This document shows positions 61,357 through 64,000 of a DNA stretch of 64,000 nt, piece after piece. The notes under the pieces were generated by a model, which did no database searches, was not told the origin of the DNA, and saw only the letters and a program-made list of their open reading frames with translations. The stretch is from a bacterium (lineage in GTDB: Bacteria; Acidobacteriota; Thermoanaerobaculia; Multivoradales; JAHEKO01): assembly GCA_024224155.1 (NCBI GenBank), contig JAAENP010000095.1:66070-130069 (forward strand), in the 5' to 3' direction. The position numbers were made by a program, and so were the translations under genes. Numbering within the stretch: position 1 is the stretch's first letter; every line of letters starts with the position of its first letter.

Positions 61357-62547
61357 ATGAAGAAACTACGCTTGACCACGGCGGGTGAGAGTCATGGCCC
61401 GGGGCTCACCGCGGTGCTCTCGGGACTGCCGGCCGGGCTTCCGGTAATCGAGGAGAAGATCGCGCTCGACATGCGCCGCCGGATGCACGGCTACGGTCGC
61501 GGCCATCGGATGCAGATCGAGCAGGACGACGCGATCATCCGAGGCGGTGTCCGCAATGGCCAGACGTTGGGCTCTCCGGTCGCGTTCTGGATCGAGAATC
61601 GGGACTTCGAGAACTGGAGCGCCGTCATGGACGCCCACGCGGTCGATCCGGTTCGGGCCGAGAAGCGGCGTCTCAGGTCACCCCGACCGGGGCACGCCGA
61701 TCTCGCCGGGGGTCTGAAGTACCTGCGGCGCGATTTGAGAGACGTGCTCGAACGCGCCTCGGCCCGGGAAAGCGCCGCCAGGGTAGCCGCCGGCGCTCTC
61801 GCCAAGCTTCTCCTCGGCCAGCTGGGCGTCGAGATTCGCAGCGGAGTCCGTTCCCTCGGCCCGATCGGGGCCGACCGGCCGCCGCCCGGTTGGACCGAGC
61901 TCGAGCAGGTCGACGACGGTTCGCCGTTGCGAGCGATTCACCGCGATCTCGAAGACCGCATGGTCGAGCTCGTCGACGAGGCCAAGAAGAACGGCGATAC
62001 CCTCGGTGGAGCGGTCACCGTGATCGCCCACAACGTCCCGGCCGGCCTCGGCTCCTACGTACACTGGGACGACAAGCTCGATGGCCGCCTGGCCCGCGCC
62101 CTGATGTCCGTTCCGGCCGTCAAGGCCATCGAGATAGGCGCTGCGATCGCTGCCAGCTCGGGTCTCGGCAGCGCCGCCCACGACGCCATCGGCTATTCGG
62201 CCGAAAGCGGTTGGCAACGGCCGACGAACCGCGCCGGAGGTCTGGAAGGCGGAGTCACAAATGGCGAGGATGTGATCGTCACCGCCTACAAGAAGCCAAT
62301 CTCGACTCTTCGCAAGGGCTTGCCCTCGGTCGATCTCGACAGCCTCGAGCCCCATCAATCGCAGTACGAGCGCTCAGACGTGACGGCTCTTCCGGCGGCC
62401 GGCGTGATCGCCGAAGCCATGATGGCGCTCGTCCTCGCCGACGCCGCGTTGGAGAAGTTCGGCGGCGACTCGCTGCAGGAACTCCTGCGTCACTTCGAAG
62501 CCAGCCGCGACCAGCAGCGGCGCTGGCCGGGGGGACACAATACCTAA
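61357..62547 (+). CDS. aroC: Chorismate synthase
   Basis: LRLTTAGESHGPGL ... RPGHAD ... is the chorismate synthase signature. 396 aa. Confidence 0.9.
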   Translation: MKKLRLTTAGESHGPGLTAVLSGLPAGLPVIEEKIALDMRRRMHGYGRGHRMQIEQDDAIIRGGVRNGQTLGSPVAFWIENRDFENWSAVMDAHAVDPVRAEKRRLRSPRPGHADLAGGLKYLRRDLRDVLERASARESAARVAAGALAKLLLGQLGVEIRSGVRSLGPIGADRPPPGWTELEQVDDGSPLRAIHRDLEDRMVELVDEAKKNGDTLGGAVTVIAHNVPAGLGSYVHWDDKLDGRLARALMSVPAVKAIEIGAAIAASSGLGSAAHDAIGYSAESGWQRPTNRAGGLEGGVTNGEDVIVTAYKKPISTLRKGLPSVDLDSLEPHQSQYERSDVTALPAAGVIAEAMMALVLADAALEKFGGDSLQELLRHFEASRDQQRRWPGGHNT

Positions 62548-62624
62548 TAGTCCCTGTCTTTTCCCTCTCGAAACGACTGCTCGACGCCGTTTTCGTTGGG
62601 GACTATTACGTATTGTGTCCCCCG
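62529..62624. repeat. Long imperfect inverted repeat (stem ~25 bp, loop ~43 nt) spanning both convergent stop codons; probable bidirectional terminator
   Basis: 62529-62554 GGGGGGACACAATACCTAATAGTCCC pairs with 62598-62624 GGGACTATTACGTATTGTGTCCCCCGG, with one central mismatch. Each arm contains a TAA stop and encodes GGHNT. Confidence 0.6.
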
Positions 62625-63300
62625 GAATCCTCGCCCTCGAAGTGCCGGCCCAGCAACTCGTAGACTCGCTCGACATCCCGCCCCGGCTCGACGATTCTGC
62701 CGAACAGCGTCCTGTACGTCAGCCCCAGGGTCTCGAGATCCCGATCGCGAAGCAGCTTGACGATTTCCTCGATGGCTCGTTGCGCCGTCGGCCCGTAGGA
62801 CGGCCGAGTGTACTCACGCTCCAGAATCACGAGCGAGTAGAACAACGGATCCGGAAGAGGGTCATCGGACTTCGGGCCAAAACCGCCCTCGGACTCCGGC
62901 GGTGCCGCGCTCGCTTCGAACGTGCCCCGTGAACTGCTTTCGACCCCATCCCTGCTCGCCGATTCCGCTACAACTTCTTCGCCGACGGGCGTGGACTCGA
63001 TGACCTCGGTGGCGACGCTGGCGACGTCGGCCAGCAGCCGTTCGGGGCTCTGATCGTCCGCCGTTTCCGCTCCTCCCGGCACTTTCTTCCTCTCGGCGAA
63101 GAGGGGCAACGACCGAAGCTCGTTGGCAAAGCGCGAGAACAGAAGAAAGAGCTCCTTCTCGGTGCTGAAGTTGCCAACCAACCGCGCATTCTGGCCTACC
63201 TCGAGCCGGTCGGCCTCCTGGAAGACGATGTTGGCCTTCGCCGCTTCCTCGAGTTGATCGACTGCGCCTTGACCCGCCAGGCCGTGAGGCTGCCTTCGAC
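62606..63300 (-). CDS. Continuation of the bactofilin-like gene in frame B (further beta-helix repeats, acidic linker, conserved-looking C-terminal domain)
   Basis: Frame B reads …AKANIVFQEADRLEVGQNARLVGNF… (bactofilin-like), then an acidic low-complexity stretch and a C-terminal domain ending GGHNT. The frame B N-terminal part (63300-63637) is Arg-rich junk. Confidence 0.4.
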
Positions 63301-63522
63301 GTAACAGGTCTCCGCGCACTGAACAGTGACTGCTTCGACCTGAGCATCCGACTCGATACGAATCGAACCGTTCACGGATTGGAGAGTCGCGAAGCTGCCC
63401 GAGTCCTGAATGACGAGGTTTCCCGGAGTGCGGATGGACAGTTGCCCGTGGACGTCCACATGGATGTCCGTCCCGGATGGGATGATCATTGTCGGCGCTT
63501 TTTCGGCGTAGGGCGTGCTCAA
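63196..63522 (-). CDS. Bactofilin-like (CcmA/DUF583) beta-helical segment, reading frame A
   Basis: MIIPSGTDIHVDVHGQLSIRTPGNLVIQDSGSFATLQSVNGSIRIESDAQVEAVTVQ... is bactofilin-like repeat periodicity. The frame degenerates into Arg/Ser junk before its stop. Confidence 0.45.
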   Translation of the reverse strand: MSTPYAEKAPTMIIPSGTDIHVDVHGQLSIRTPGNLVIQDSGSFATLQSVNGSIRIESDAQVEAVTVQCAETCYVEGSLTAWRVKAQSINSRKRRRPTSSSRRPTGSR

Positions 63523-63546
63523 ATCGACCTCCTTGGCACTCGGCGG

Positions 63547-64000
63547 CTACCGGCCGATGATTCTCGGAAGGGGCTCGAAAGCGCGCTGGTCGGGAGCCCT
63601 GCGCGCCCTGACCAGCAGCTGTTCCTCGTCTCGCCACTGGTGATCGAGGATGTAGATTCTCGGATCCACGGGCCGAAAGCCCTCGTCTCCGTCGCGATGC
63701 CTGACCTCATAGTGGAGATGAGGGCTTGTGCTCCAACCGGTATTGCCCACTGTCGCGATGACGGTCCCCTGCTCCACCCTTTGGCCATTACGCACCCCGA
63801 TCTCGTCGCAGTGACCGAACAGCGTGATGAAACCCTCGCCGTTGCGAAGCGCCACCAGGTTGCCGTAGCGCCACCACGAGACGCTCTGCTTCAGCGGATA
63901 GCGGCCGGCGAAGACCACGACCGCATCGGCCGGCGCGTAGATGGGCGTCCCGACCGGCGCCGCCATGTCAATACCGGGGTGGAAGTCGATCTTCTTGGTG
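63547..64000 (-). CDS. M23 family metallopeptidase (LytM domain), 5' end beyond window
   Basis: …NGEGFITLFGHCDEIGVRNGQRVEQGTVIATVGNTGWSTSPHLHYEV… are the M23 HxH and HxxxD-type motifs. The ORF remains open to the window edge. Confidence 0.75.
   Translation of the reverse strand, partial: TKKIDFHPGIDMAAPVGTPIYAPADAVVVFAGRYPLKQSVSWWRYGNLVALRNGEGFITLFGHCDEIGVRNGQRVEQGTVIATVGNTGWSTSPHLHYEVRHRDGDEGFRPVDPRIYILDHQWRDEEQLLVRARRAPDQRAFEPLPRIIGR

Noticed and set aside
62606-63637. The 343-aa single-frame ORF taken at face value as one protein.
   Set aside because: - Its first ~115 residues are Arg/His/Pro-rich junk.
- An overlapping frame encodes a convincing bactofilin-like beta-helix.
- A frameshifted gene is therefore the better explanation.

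Overview
This is a high-GC (~68%) bacterial chromosomal segment, densely coding and mostly on the minus strand. It is probably Acidobacteriota, because it carries two tandem secreted VWA proteins that look like the Acidobacterial TIGR03436 family. I found no CRISPR arrays, IS elements, integrases or rRNA. There is one tRNA, tRNA-Arg(CCU) at 31279-31355 (-).

Most of the window is housekeeping:
- Outer-membrane and lipid A biogenesis: bamA-skp-fabZ-lpxA plus a Gfo/Idh/MocA oxidoreductase.
- clpC, lolCD, lysS, aspS-hisS, aroB, aroC, guaA, gpsA-plsY, ftsY, thiD, lgt and nnr-tsaE.
- A conspicuous set of nucleoside and base salvage genes: deoA, apt, mtnP, surE, punA and hpt.

Stretches that look accessory or are poorly characterised:
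- A minus-strand operon of two tandem secreted VWA paralogs followed by a Phage_holin_3_6-like membrane protein (4838-8851).
- A three-gene plus-strand cassette of class I/II aminotransferase, group II PLP decarboxylase and GNAT acetyltransferase (13317-16608), suggestive of N-acetyl-amine biosynthesis.
- A secreted hypothetical protein, a GDSL esterase carrying a C-terminal dockerin-like domain, and a large polytopic membrane protein (25333-29141).
- A 507-aa all-helical protein of unknown family (47527-49050).
- A roadblock/LC7 protein wedged between ftsY and an HD-GYP sensor phosphodiesterase.
- A bactofilin-like gene next to an M23 peptidase (a Csd1/CcmA-like cell-shape pair) that appears split across two reading frames.

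Sequence-level oddities:
- fabZ has no ATG, GTG or TTG available upstream of its conserved N-terminus, so it must use a non-canonical start immediately after the skp stop.
- A ~25-bp-stem inverted repeat lies at the convergent aroC/bactofilin junction. Its arms encode the identical C-terminal pentapeptide GGHNT plus the stop codon of both genes.
- ltaE appears to start at a TTG overlapping the upstream stop (TTGA).

The ORF track contains many long antisense or extended ORFs that are high-GC artefacts. I trimmed gene starts where conserved N-termini, signal peptides or Shine-Dalgarno-like motifs supported doing so.
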